Positions 12,851 through 26,177 of a DNA stretch of 64,000 bases are shown in pieces. The notes below the pieces were generated by a model that was given only the letters and a program-made list of their open reading frames with translations, made no database searches and was not told the origin of the DNA. The stretch is from the human T2T-CHM13v2.0 reference genome, Homo sapiens. The stretch lies in NCBI RefSeq assembly GCF_009914755.1, contig NC_060938.1. The stretch is one strand, 5' to 3'. The position numbers and the translations under genes are program-made. Each line of letters opens with the position of its first letter. Positions within the stretch are counted from its first letter, which is position 1.

Positions 12851-13694
12851 ATAAATCTAACTTGTTCACAATATATCATATATACATTTCTGGATTTGTT
12901 CTGTCAATTTTTTTAGAGTATTTACAGTCTCGCGAATGTGCTTTTTTTTTTTTTTTCCTGTTAGAGTTTGTTTTGTTAGGTTTGGATAACAAAATTTCAC
13001 TCATTTACGAAGTGAGTTTGGGAAAGATACCTTATTTGAATTTAGGTTTGTATTCTGTGTTTGTGTAAATATTATACTGACAATTTGCTTATGTCTTCTC
13101 CAATCAAACTAAATAATAAATTTCTCTCCAATATGTTCATATATAGAATGTGCAAATTAATTATCTGTTCTTATGATTCATACCAAGGATTGTAATAATT
13201 GAGTAAAATTGTGAATTTCTTATTTAATTCAATATGATTTATTTAATTGCATCTGTTCTTATTTTGGTCATTTGATTTTCTCTGTCAGTGCCCAAAATAT
13301 TGGACATACTTTCTGTTATCATGTTTATATTCTGCATGAAATTCTGCAATAATATTATGAAATTATTATGTTATGGTTTATTACAAGTGAAAAAAAAATA
13401 TCACATTATTTTTGGAATGATTGTCTCATGTTGGACATGACTTTGCCAAAAACAGAATCTTGTAGGTTATGCATCAAAAACAGCCTGAACTTAAAAAAAA
13501 AAGTTAAAAAAAATCATCAGTATGAACATATAACTCTGTTTTTCTATGTTCCCAAGAAACATTCTTTATTTATTAAGCAACGAATGAAAACATTTAAGTA
13601 CCATTACTAAACTTTTAGAGGACATTTAAATTTCATTTTTTAAATAAATCTTACTTCTCCATGGCCATCCTTAGGTATGTGCTTACAGACAAGA

Positions 13695-13850
13695 AGAGTG
13701 ATGTAATAGAGAAAGAATACTGAACAAAGCCTCAGAAACTTGAGTTCTAGTCAAGGATCGACCCCTTAAACATACGGATAATTTTGTTCAAGTCATTATA
13801 CTTCTTAGATCTTTTATTTTCTCATTTGTAAAACTGGAAAAAATTAAGAT
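13695..13850 (+). mobile_element. MIR SINE
   Basis: gtgatgtaatagagaaagaatactg...tgagttctagtc...ttttctcatttgtaaaactgg. Confidence 0.6.
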
Positions 13851-14245
13851 GCAAGTAAAGTGTTATGCTTAAAAAACATAATTTTTCTTATTTTTATATA
13901 CTTTTTGTTATAAAGCACAGTTATTAAACTAGTATTTAAAATTATAATATTCAATTTAGAATGCATAAATGTATTGATGATATACATTTAATTTACTTAA
14001 ATGTATTGATATACATCTTAATTTAATTTACAATAAATATGTGATAAAATGGCTACTCTCTGCATCCATTCTACTTTTTTCATCAACTCTATTTTATTCC
14101 TAAAACATTTTCAATTTAACAAAAATTATTTGAAATAGAACAAAGTAACTAGGATTTGATTTTTTTTACATATGTGAGAAATATGGGTTGTTGTTCCTTG
14201 TACATCAAGGTTTAGACAATTAAAATATTGAGCTGGATTATTTTC

Positions 14246-14541
14246 TTTTTTTCTTTTTTTAAGGCAGAGTCTTGCTCTATTGCCTAGGCTGGAGTGCAGT
14301 GGCAGATCTCTGCTCACTGCAACCTCTGTCTCCTGGGTTCAAGCAACTAATGAGCCTCAGCCTCCCGAGTTAGCTGGGATTACAGGTGCCTGCCCCGATG
14401 CCCAGCTAATTTTTTGTGTTTTTAGTAGAGACACAGTTTTGCCAAGTTGGCCAGGCTGGACTTGAACTCCTGGCCTCAAGTGATCTGCTTGCCTCAGTCT
14501 CCCAAAGTGCTGGAAATACAGATGTGAGCCACTGCATCTGG
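14246..14541 (-). mobile_element. Alu (J or old S)
   Basis: Antisense full Alu; degenerate TSD gagctggattattttc / gaagtggatgattttc. Confidence 0.92.
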
Positions 14542-15345
14542 TTGAAGTGGATGATTTTCAATAAAAGTGATCAATAATTAAATATTCAAATTTCAAATAT
14601 TATGTCAATTTATCTGAATCAGAAACAAAATTTTTATTTAATGGAGTCTTTGCAATATTTTATTTTCTTTTTTACTCTGAATTTCCTCCATTATGATTTA
14701 CATGAATTTAGAGTATATTCATATTCTATTTTGCTCTCTCTGTGAAGTATCTTTTTCTATAGAATGTCCAAATTAGTAGCCCTAAAGTCTTTTTCTATTT
14801 TCTTGCATTTTGCCTGTTTTCTCAAAAACTTTATTCACCAATTCAGAAAATTTTATTTTATTTTCATATTAAAGCTTTCTATTTGTTTTTGATGATTAGT
14901 TCAGAAATGATATGTTTATTGTAGTAAGATAAAATACACAAACATTTAAAATAATATCTGCCTTCATGAAAAATGAAAAACTTGCTATAATATAATTAGT
15001 GGATCCTTGTGTGTTAATTTTGAACTTATTACTTTACAATGCTTTATGATTTGTTAATAATAAGTGAAAATTAGTCATAACACAGCAATTAATATTACAA
15101 TAAAATTGTAAATTTACATAAAGAGCTTGTCAATATCATTCTCATACATTAAAAAATTATCCTGTATGACTGCAATGTGAAATAATTTTTAGGCAATGCA
15201 CTAACACAATTTAAAGATACTCATCAATGCATACATCAAATAATCATCATTTTTTAATTTAAAATAATTGCTAAAAATTGTAGATTTGCTGGTATTTCTA
15301 TTATTCATCTCATTCCTCATCTGCAAATAGAGGCAAAACAACATA

Positions 15346-15669
15346 CAGTTGGCTCTCTGTAGCTATGTGTTCTGAATCTGTAAATTCAACTAACCGTATG
15401 TGGAAAATATTTAAAAAAAAATAATAGTTGTATCTGTACTGAATATATACAGACTTCTTGCCTTTCACTATCCCTAAACAATAGAGTTATAACTATTTAT
15501 ATAGCATGTACATTGCCTTAGGTATTATAATTAATCTAGACATAATTTAAAGTATATGGGAGGATATTATAGACTATATGCAAATTATACAGCAATTTAC
15601 ATGAGGACTTGAGCTTTTGTCCATGTTGGTATCCACTCAGGTTCCTGAAACAAATCCCTAAGGAATACC
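15346..15669 (-). mobile_element. MER2 (Tigger-family MITE)
   Basis: TA|cagttggctctctgta...ccctaaacaata...taggtattataattaatctaga...gggaggat...ggttcctgaaacaaatccc. Confidence 0.8.
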
Positions 15670-17260
15670 TACACACAATTATATACTATCTCAATAGTAT
15701 AAAATTGACTCCCTTTTGTGGAAAATAGCCCTAATGTATCTATCTATTGAAAACTCCATCTGCTAGAAAATTGTTATAATAAATTTATAAATTGTATAAT
15801 GAATATGAAAATTGTCCCTCTTTGGATTTAATAAAATTATAAAACAACAACGATTAGTTTTAAAATAATAAAGAAGTTCATTCTATGCCTAGTGCATCTT
15901 GCAATGTTACACTCATATGCAGGGCACAAGGAGAAGGGCCTTTCATGAGTGCTCCTACTCTGAGACTGGTTAAAAGACCGTTTCTACAACAAATCCATGC
16001 ATGCTGTTTCAGGAAATTAGATAATTCCTGTTTCAATTTTTCAGAAAAATATCCAGGGTTGGTTTGCATTATTTATCTGGATAGGAGATTAGCCACTCTC
16101 TGCAGTACATAAAGCTCAAATATACTCTCTTAATTTTAAAACAAAAAAAAAAGATAGTGTTCTGTATGATTTTTGAGTCACAGAATTGTGGCACTTTGAA
16201 AACAGATGATCCCAAGTTCTCAAAAGCTCAGAACCATGTAGCATCGTATAGCTCACCAATTAAATGTCATAGGTTTATACGAAGACTCATTTACTAAACA
16301 GATAACTGTTAATGTAGATGTGTTTATAGATGCCATAGAATGCATTGCTACACAGAGAACAAAGATTTCAGTATCCTCCCTGTTTGCCAAAGTTAAGGTT
16401 AACATTTTTATTTATTCATTTAAATTTTGGACATGGAGAAAAAGGTATATGGTCAAGTGACCCCCAGTCAATCTTGATGAGTAAGAACCTGAAGATACCA
16501 TGGAAAGGAAATCAGATTGTCAGTGCAAGTAAGAGTGTGGAATAAAATTGCTGGTGCAGGGCCGGGGAATATATTTAATAACTTTTTCTTCTTTCATTGT
16601 CCATTTTTTTATAACATGTTCTTTATCATCGAGATTGTGTCACTCAACTTTGAGTTTGGCACATAAGACGTGAATTTTATTTTCACTAATTAGAGGAAAA
16701 AGAGTCTAATGGGAAGAAACAGCAACCACAACAAAAGATAAATCAGCCATATACTATAAGAAAGAAAGCTGGTATAGCCATGCAGATTTCAAATGGAAAA
16801 TCATTATGTGAGATTAAAAATTTCAAATTAGCAAGAAGTCATAATAAATACATTTTTAAATTAACCTGTTAAATAAGTGCAAATATACAAACAAAATCTA
16901 GAAGGTAGAAATTAGCAAATCTGCCATTATGTGAGATAGATATTAATACACAGATTTTTATTGATAATGCATAGGACAAAAGATTTTACATTTAATAAGA
17001 ATACAGGAAATTTGAAAAATAAATTAGAATCTCAATTTAAGGGATATATATATTCATATATCATATAATCAACTCATTTTAATGTATATTTTAATGTAAT
17101 TTAATTATGTATATAATTATGTATAATTATATAAATATGTAATTACAATTACATATAATGTAATTGTATACAATTACATTATATACAATTACAAATACAT
17201 TATACAATTACATTAAATGCAATTTATATACATTAAATTCAAAATACATTTAAATACAAT

Positions 17261-17384
17261 TAAATTTATGTTTTAAAGCCTTAATCACCAGTAACTCAGA
17301 ATGTCACTGTATTTGGAGAGATCTCTCTCCAAATACAGTGACATTCTGAGTTACTGGTGATTAAGGCTTTAAAACATAAATTTA
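17261..17384. repeat. Perfect inverted repeat, 61-bp arms with a 2-bp spacer
   Basis: 17261-17321 is the exact reverse complement of 17324-17384. Confidence 0.97.
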
Positions 17385-17418
17385 GTGGTGGTAGGGGCGC
17401 ACAATTTAGCCCAGAACA
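17324..17418 (-). mobile_element. MLT1A-C LTR 5' end remnant
   Basis: Reverse complement tgttctgggctaaattgtgcgcccc...cagtaactcagaatgtcactgtatttggaga resembles the MLT1 start. Confidence 0.75.
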
Positions 17419-17913
17419 AGAAGAAAGGCTGTAAATTAATAAGCAATGTGTCCTACTTAAGAAATTACAAAACAATCAATAATGCTACCTATACAAGAAG
17501 TAGAGAAGATAATAAAGTACAGAAAATCAATGAAATATAAATAAAAGATAAATGGGAGACATTTTTTAAAAGACATATCTTTGAAAAGACTAAAAATAGT
17601 AAATATAAGTAAACATTTAGCACAATTGTTTGAGGAACACAGATGGCATAAATAAATAACATTAAGAATAAAAAAAGGAACACAAACTGTAAGGAACTTA
17701 TTTCATCCACACACTTCTGTAAAGTATTGTCCATTAATTATTATTGGTGAATTGCATCTTTGCACTTCAATGAAATTCTGCCTTTCATTTGATAACTAGG
17801 TTAGATATTCCTACTAGCTTATTCACTAATCACATTATTATATTATAATTTTCTGCTTATCCCTATTTTAAATAGACCATAACAGATAAAATCAAAGTGT
17901 TGAGTGTTTTTAC

Positions 17914-18098
<185 letters not shown>

Positions 18099-18147
<49 letters not shown>

Positions 18148-18160
18148 CGCGCGTGTGTGT
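18099..18160. repeat. (GT)20(GC)7(GT)4 compound microsatellite
   Basis: 62 bp of uninterrupted alternating purine-pyrimidine sequence. Confidence 0.95.
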
Positions 18161-18329
18161 TTTATAGCTATCAGTGCAGTATGTCTTCTGTCTTTTATAG
18201 TGTCTTCCGAAATGTCCTATTATCTTTAGCTTCACCTCTCACTATTTGCTTGACATTTATGGATTAGTAGAAACCTCTGTTCCTTGGTAAATACATGCCC
18301 TGCTCCTTCACAGTGTGGGCCATTTGTTT

Positions 18330-21315
18330 CTCCTGCTGCTCACGTAAAAGCCTGGGAAAGATGTTCTTCCTTCTTCCTTTTACCAGTTCAATATCACATT
18401 CTCTCTCCTCCTTTAAAACCTCTAGGTCCCTCTAATTGCACATTACCTGATAATAGCAACCCCTGTACTTCATTGTTGATGTCAATTTATTATCATTCCT
18501 GATGCAGCTTGTTACTTGTTGAGGATTTTACCACTGGGCACGTGACTGACTCCACATTTATGACTGTCCCCATTTTTGGTGACTTCAATTATTGGATGCT
18601 CTGAATAACCCACATAACATCCAGTGCCTAAATATTCTAAACCTCATCATGTCCAATGTTCTGTTACTCCACCTTAATTTGACCAACCTCAGGGTCATAA
18701 CATTGATCTTGTCATAATCATATTACTTCTGAAATATCAGGTCTAAATATTGAAATTTCTCACACCACTCTCTGTTCTTCCACTTTTCTGTCTGCTCCAA
18801 CAATCTTTCTGTCTCATTGAGAAGTTGTCTCCATTGGCCTGTGCTATTTTTCCATCAAATATCATCCTAAAGTCATTATTTTTTTCTGTACTCATTTCAG
18901 ATTTTGTAGTGTGTTATTATGATAATGACTTTAATAGTATTCTTAAATTCCTTGGCTTTTTCTTTTTCAACAGACAGCGTGTTTCACTTTGTCATGCAGG
19001 CTGGAGTTCAGTGGATGGAATGCAATTGTAGCTCACTGTAGCCTTGAATTCTTGGGCTCCAGAGATCCTCCTGCCTCAGTCTTCCGAGTAGCTAGGACTA
19101 GAGGCTCATTCCACTGTGCTTAGCTAATTTTATTTTTTATTTTTGTAGAAACGCAATCTCATTTTTTGTCCAGACTGGTCAAACTCCTGGCCTCAAGTAA
19201 TCCTCCCTCTTTGGCCTCCCAAAGTGCTGGGATTATAGGCATGAGCCACTGTGTTCAGCCCCCTTTTTCTACCTCTGTTGCATTTACCCAGAAACACTAA
19301 ATCTACTTAAAGTTCAGTACCTCCTTCTCTGGACCTGTACACAAGCAACTACCCAGGACTAAAGAGACCATCAAAGGGAGCTTACCAATCACAGTTCAGA
19401 CTCACCGCCTCAAATATCGAATGAGCAATCAACATTGTCAGGCAATCTCATTCCACTCCTTTCTCATGTTCATTCCAAATAATAATTTATACCTTCCAAT
19501 CTCTCCTAAAATATGAAACATCCCATCTCTTCTCCCCACAATTGGAAGCAATTGGAAGAAATCACTTCTACCTTTTTTCTACCCTACAATCTTACCTGCA
19601 TTTCCTCTCCCACTCAGAGAATGGGAGAATGAGGGAGAAGTGTTTTCTTTCTATTACAAGAAATGACATTTCAACAAGTGGATCAATGTACAAACTTTTC
19701 ATTGATATTCTGGATTCCATTACTTCTAGCTTTCTCAAGGTGTTATTACTGTTATTTCCCCTTTGACCTAAATATTGATTTTCTCCATTTTCCTTAGTTC
19801 ATTCCCAGTGGTACATAAACATGCTTAAGATTTACCATTTTAAAAATAAACAATGACAAAAACTCTACGTATATGCCCATCAACTCTATTATCTCTCTCA
19901 TCCCTTTCCTAGTAAAACCTTTCAGAGCATTGTTTATTATTGCTACTCTGCTTTTCTTTCCTGTGTCTCTTCTTGATCTCAGCAAGTTTCCATTTAAAAC
20001 ATTCTTCTTCCTGGAGATTCTCAGCAACCTTCAGGCTGCCACATCTAAAAGCCAATTTTTATCATCATGTTTCCTCTATTTGCAGCATTCAATATAGAGA
20101 CCTACTTTCTACTTCTTTGGCCACATTCTCTCTTACATTTAAAGACAGTGTATGCTTTAATTTTTCCCCTTAATTTACTTTCTTTTCTTTGTAATCCTCT
20201 TTTGCTAGTGCTTTCTTTTCTGTTTCAATTCTGAATATGGGACTCTAACAATATCATATTAAAATTGGAATAGTTTATAATGATCTTTAATCCTCCTTTC
20301 TTTCCACATTTTATGCATTATCAATAGCAGCAATCACAACAGCAGAGAAACTTCCACAATTAGATAATTTGTCCTATATGTTAGACATTGCCAGTCCTTT
20401 ATTAATATTAACACGCTCATTCAATCTGTATTTCAGTGATTCCCATCTTATCTCTAGCCACGGTCTGCTGAAGTTAAGTATCATAAATCTCACTTACACT
20501 GCCATCTGTATAGGATATTTAGTTGCTTTCTCAAAATTTTGACATTTCTAAGACCCTAACCAAAATCAGACCCTCTACCATTCTTGTTCATATACACAGA
20601 TACTTAATCCGAAGAACTAGGATTCAAATTTGATTCCTCTCTCTCTCTCTTTTTTGAATGTAAGTCTATAAAGAGTTTCATTGGATTGATCTCAAAAATG
20701 TATTCTGAATTTCTCCATATTGTTCCATTGCCTTTTTTTCTCCTTGTTCTAAAACACTTATCATCTCTAGTCTGAACCACCTAAATTATCTCAAAACTTC
20801 CTGATTTATTTTTAACTCCTGTATAATCTATTCCACATAGAGTATCCAAAGTAAGCTTGCTATCTCTCTCTTTTTCTTTTAGAACATAAGTTATGCCACA
20901 TGGTTGCCCTACTAAAAAGCCACAATTGATTCCAATCACCCATAGAATAACATTTAAGCCTCTTGCATGACCTGTAAGGAGTTTATGTGAATATTCCCTG
21001 GATTGACTCCTTATCCTCCACTAATATTTCTAATCTTCATCTTGGAAAGCTGCAGCCACACAGGTCTTTTTCTTTTAGCTGAACACAAAAAGTTTGTTCC
21101 TGCCTTAAGTCTTTTGCAATTTCTTGATGACTTTCTCCTAGAATATTCTTTCTCATATCTTTTCTCATCTGTCTCCTTTTCCAATTCAAGTTTAAAATGT
21201 AACGTTACTGCCTCATGGAATTTTTCTCTGACATTTCAAAGTAAATCAGCCTCTTTCCTTGTCCTGGTCATCATATTCCTCTGCTTTTTCAATCTAGTAC
21301 TCACTACTATCTGAT
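18330..21315 (+). mobile_element. Long L2 LINE remnant (endonuclease region toward the 3' end), interrupted by AluJ and MIR
   Basis: tttttggtgacttcaat (GDFN motif) and ggtcataacattgatcttgtc (H.LDLV-like) followed by pyrimidine-rich L2-type sequence. Confidence 0.7.
18957..19260 (-). mobile_element. AluJ
   Basis: gctcactgtagccttgaattcttgggctccagagatcctcctgcctcag pattern. Confidence 0.9.
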
Positions 21316-21540
21316 ACCATCATATTTAAAACTCTCAATAACATCATTAGATAAAGATTATTATGACTGTCCTTATATAGAAGTTGAAATTGTACTTCAG
21401 GTTTGTTGAATAAATTATCTAAGATTAATATTTAATCAGCAGTGCTCTTTGTTTTCCAAAATTATTATTATTGCAATTTGCCACTTTGACTTCCCAAATT
21501 AGATCTCTCTCTCTGCCTCTCTCTGTCTCTCTTCTACTCA

Positions 21541-21573
<33 letters not shown>

Positions 21574-22338
21574 CCAAAAATATTTACTTTACTTTACTCA
21601 AGCAGATCTAGGCAAGCCTGCTTTATTTTGAGAAGTAAAGTGCTCCATGCAATGCATCTTTACATCTTTGTAAATAAGAGAACCACTCAAACTTCGTTCA
21701 AGATATAATCAATAACTCTGATTTCTAGATATCAGTCTTTCAGTCTTAAGTTAGGTAACTCTCAGATGCTTAGGTTAAATCACTAAGCCCACCTAATATT
21801 ACTGGGGCTAGAGTTATAAAGTTGAAATGTAGACCAAATTCCACATATGTATGTTTACATACTTTTAAACTGCCTTCAGTGTGATTGCATAGGGGACTGA
21901 GTAATCTTTTAGCTGAAAAATGCATGTATGCGTGTATTTGTAATATTAAGAGGTAGGGATGAGAAGATAAAGGGGTGTGAAGAATTTGAAAGGCCACAAC
22001 AATTTAGCAAACAATAAGTCCTTAATCAGAAACACATGGTTTTCCATACCATGTGTAAAACATTAAAAAGAGAAAGGACGGAAAAGCATGATAGTGGGTA
22101 TTGTGTTACAGTATTGAAAAAAAAATATATGTTTTGCTTCAATAATACTTATAGTAAAAATAAAAGCTATTTTTTGGAATAAACAGTTTAATTATTGTAT
22201 TTATTTCTGGATATATGTTTGCTTTGTATGCATTAAATACTTTGTAAAACATTCACATCTGAGTGCACAGATCACTTCTCAGTTTAGCTCATAGACTCCT
22301 CAAGTTACAAAAATGCTTTGATGCATCAGGTAGTTTAA

Positions 22339-22776
<438 letters not shown>

Positions 22777-22841
22777 TAACAGTCTTCCCTGTCTAAGAGA
22801 AAAGCTCCAGAAATTTATTTTAATACCTACCATTAGATAAT

Positions 22842-23730
22842 ACAGCAGACTGCCTTCTAAAATGGCCTGTAACCATTTACATCTACTATAATTTGCACCT
22901 GTTGTAATTCCTCTTTTCAATTTTTTAAATTTTTAATTAAAAAGTTACATTTGCTTTTTAAATTTACAAGTACAAATTGTTTGTATTTATGGCATTTAAC
23001 ATGATGTTTTGATCTATGTAGACATTGTGCAAGGGCTAAATAAAGATACTTAAAATATGCATCACCTGACATACGTATCATTTTTGTGTGACAAGAACAC
23101 TTAAAATCTACTATCTCATATATTGTCAAGTATACAATATATTGTTATTAACAATTGTCATTGTGATGTTCAGTAGATCTCTTGAATTTCTTCCTCCTGT
23201 CTAACTGAAATTTTGCATTCCTCCTCGTCAGTGTGGGCTGGATCTAGTGACTTGCTTTCAGCAAACTGAATATAATAAATGTGATTGGATATCACTTCTA
23301 AAATTAAATAGTACAAGACGATGACTTCTGTCTTGTTAGCAATCTTTCTTTTGCTTGTTCTCTCTGCTTGATTGTTCTGATAAAGCAAGTTGTCCTATGG
23401 AGAACCCAATGTGATAAAAGAACTGAGAGTGGCCTCTGTAGCATAAGCCAGGGAGTAACTTAGACCTTTACTCCAGCAGCCTACAAAAAACTGAATTCCA
23501 AAAATAAAGATGTAGGTCGGCTTGAAAGCAGATCTTTCCTGTGTTGACCCTTCAGATGACATTGCAGCTTCAGCTGACACTTTGATGGCAGGTTTGAGAA
23601 AACCTGAAACCAGTGGACCCACCTACATTGTTCATGGATTCCGATTTTACAGAAGATGGGAGATAACAAATGCATGTTGTTTCAAGCCAATAAGTTTAAT
23701 AGGAGATTGTTATGCAACGATAAATGATAC
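22842..23730 (+). mobile_element. MLT1F-like MaLR LTR split by an L1MA 3' fragment
   Basis: gcagactgccttctaaaatggcc...[L1]...gtgtgggctggatctagtgacttgc...gttgtttcaagccaataagttt...gttatgcaacgata. Confidence 0.75.
22950..23220 (-). mobile_element. L1MA 3' end fragment
   Basis: aaattgtttgtatttatgg...agaacacttaaaatctact...agatctcttgaa...gtctaactgaaattttg. Confidence 0.8.
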
Positions 23731-24252
23731 AGATAAACAACATAGCTAGAAATCAAGGGATAATTTTGCTCTGCCATTTCCCTGACTAATCATATCCAAT
23801 ATTAAATTTTGTCTACTTTACTCTTCTGGATATATCTCAGCCTATCCAACCACACTCTTACTGCCTTTTATAACCCCTAACAACATTGCTTGAAATACTT
23901 CAATGTTTTCTAAAGTTATCTCCAGACTGGTGTACTTCATTCCAGCCTCTATAACAACATTGCCCACCATAATGTTCACAGGTATTTTGAGACAAAAGGT
24001 TTCTAATGAATCCAGGAAAAATTGAGTACTATGCTCCTTTATGCTCCTAGGTGACGTAGTGATATAGTCATATATAGTTTTCTTCAGCAAAGAGTTCCTC
24101 AAATTCATTTGACCATAGGACCACCTTTTCACTCTTATACATATACGGTTTTTAAAAAATAAATAATAGTATTCCATGGTATCTATGGTGTCCAGAAACT
24201 TCTCTTTGGCTAATACTGCTTTAAATTTCTGAGTTTTTTTTCAATGCACATC

Positions 24253-24623
24253 TGATATGGTTTGGGTCTGTGTCCCCATCCAAATACATCTTGAATTGTA
24301 ATCCTCACATGTCAAGGGAGGGACCTGGTGGGAGGTGATTCGATCATGAGGGCAGCTCCTCCATGCTGTTCTCAGATAGACAGAGTGAGTTCTCAGAAGA
24401 TCTGGTTGTTTGATAAATGTCTGGCGCTTCCTCCCTCTCTCTCTCCTTTCTCCTGCCACCATGTGAAGAAGGTTCTTGCTTGCTCTTTGCCTTCCATCAT
24501 GATTGTAAGTTTCAAGAGGCCTCCCCACTCATGCAGAATTGTGAGTAAATTAAACCTCTTTCTTTTATAAATTACCCAGTCTAAGGTATTTCTTTATAGT
24601 AATGTTAAGAGTGGACTAATACA
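24253..24623 (+). mobile_element. THE1D/MSTA-like solo LTR
   Basis: tgatatggtttgg...ggactaataca with a perfect TSD acatc (24248-24252 / 24624-24628). Confidence 0.92.
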
Positions 24624-25871
24624 ACATCAAATTACATTTAGACAATCTTATCTTGCTTATAGAATAGTGCAGAGAGGAAGCAAATGAATACATAAATGAC
24701 CTGGCTCTACCTCTCTGGCCTTTCTTCCTAATCTCTTACCTGATTCACTCCCCTGCCCTGCTGCCTCTACCTTCCATTCCAGCTTTACTGAACTCTAGGT
24801 AGTTTGCAAAGGGTTTTTATCTGTCTCCAGACTGCTGGCCTCCATTCATGTTTTTGGATGAGAGTAGAGAGACACTCTTATTTGTATGTCTGCCTCTATT
24901 TCCTTCAATGGACTGATGATCTATAACCAGTTTCTATATTCACTTCAAGAGTCACTGAATCTAGGAAGCGGTTGTATAGTTTGAGAGCTGTGGGAAATGA
25001 AACTTGTTTAATCTCTGAGCACGTTCATCAAAAGTAAGACCGACTTTTATTACAAATATTTACAGAAGTTAAAGTATATTACCTTTATGTATCTTTGTAG
25101 CTCTAATGGTGGACTCAAACCAGGAATCATTTTGGATTCTCATTACATTAATACAATTTATTTCTTTCTGCTTCTTTCCTATTTTTTTCCCATTCCTTTT
25201 CTCTTTCTTCTCTTTTCTTTCTCTTCCTCTCACTTCCTCTATACACTGTCTACAGGAATACTTCTATTATTTTATTATACATAAGTCTTTGTATCTTTCT
25301 ACTTATAATAAACAATACTTTCACTAAGTCAGATCACAAGACATTTATTTCTATACCCTGACCATGTTTAATAAGTAATTGATGATCAAACAATAACATT
25401 CATTCATTTACTAACTTATTTGTCAGCCAATTTTGAATTCTAAATTGAAAATATTCCTGGTTTTCTCTTCCTTACATATACTTTGATCAATTATTTTATA
25501 ACTTTAATTCTAGCTACCTCAATCTACTTTCATATTTTACAGGCAGATGTGAGGATTGGTCCTTTTTAGTAGTTTTTAGTTTCCTACAATCTTTTTTTGT
25601 TTGTTTGTTTCCTACTATCTTTTTGTTCTTCTTCATTATGATTCTCAGAATTTTCTGATAATAACTGAGCTCTACAATGTACTCTCTTTTGTATGACAAC
25701 TTTAAAAATCAAAATCTCTGCAATCTCTTTAAGTAAATTTATAAAAATGTTAAATTTCCAATGCTTGAGTTTTACTAGTAAGGCACAATGCATAAATACA
25801 AATCAAAGCAATTTATCTGAATTATGATTTGCTAATCACCGACCTCTATGTATAGTTGTCACAAGTAAATT

Positions 25872-26177
25872 ATTATTATTATTATTATTTTTTTTGAGGA
25901 AAGATCTTGCTCTGTCCCCCAGGCTGTAGTGCAGTGACATGATCACAGTTCACTGCAGCCTCAAACTCCAGGTGTCAGGCAATCTCCCACCTCAGACTCC
26001 CAACTAGTTGGAACCACATACACAAGCCATCATGCCCAGGTAATTTTTGTACTTTTTGCAGAGACAGGATCTCATCATGTTTCCGTGGCAAGTCTCAAAC
26101 TCCTGAGCTCAAGTAATCCACCTGCCTCAGCCTCGCAAAGTGCTGGGCTTACAGGTATGAGCCACCTAACCCAATCT
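25872..26177 (-). mobile_element. AluJ
   Basis: Antisense Alu with (ATT)n tail; TSD tcacaagtaaatt (25859-25871 / 26178-26190). Confidence 0.92.

Larger units (their letters stand above)
16730..17690 (+). mobile_element. Old L1M ORF2 fragments flanking the palindrome/MLT1 remnant
   Basis: A-rich sequence with aagaaagctggtatagcc (endonuclease region) and tctttgaaaagactaaaaat; very diverged. Confidence 0.5.

Noticed and set aside
17261-17384. MITE such as MADE1 explaining the palindrome
   Set aside because: The arm sequence matches an MLT1 LTR start and continues as LTR on one side only; it is not a known TIR that I recognise.
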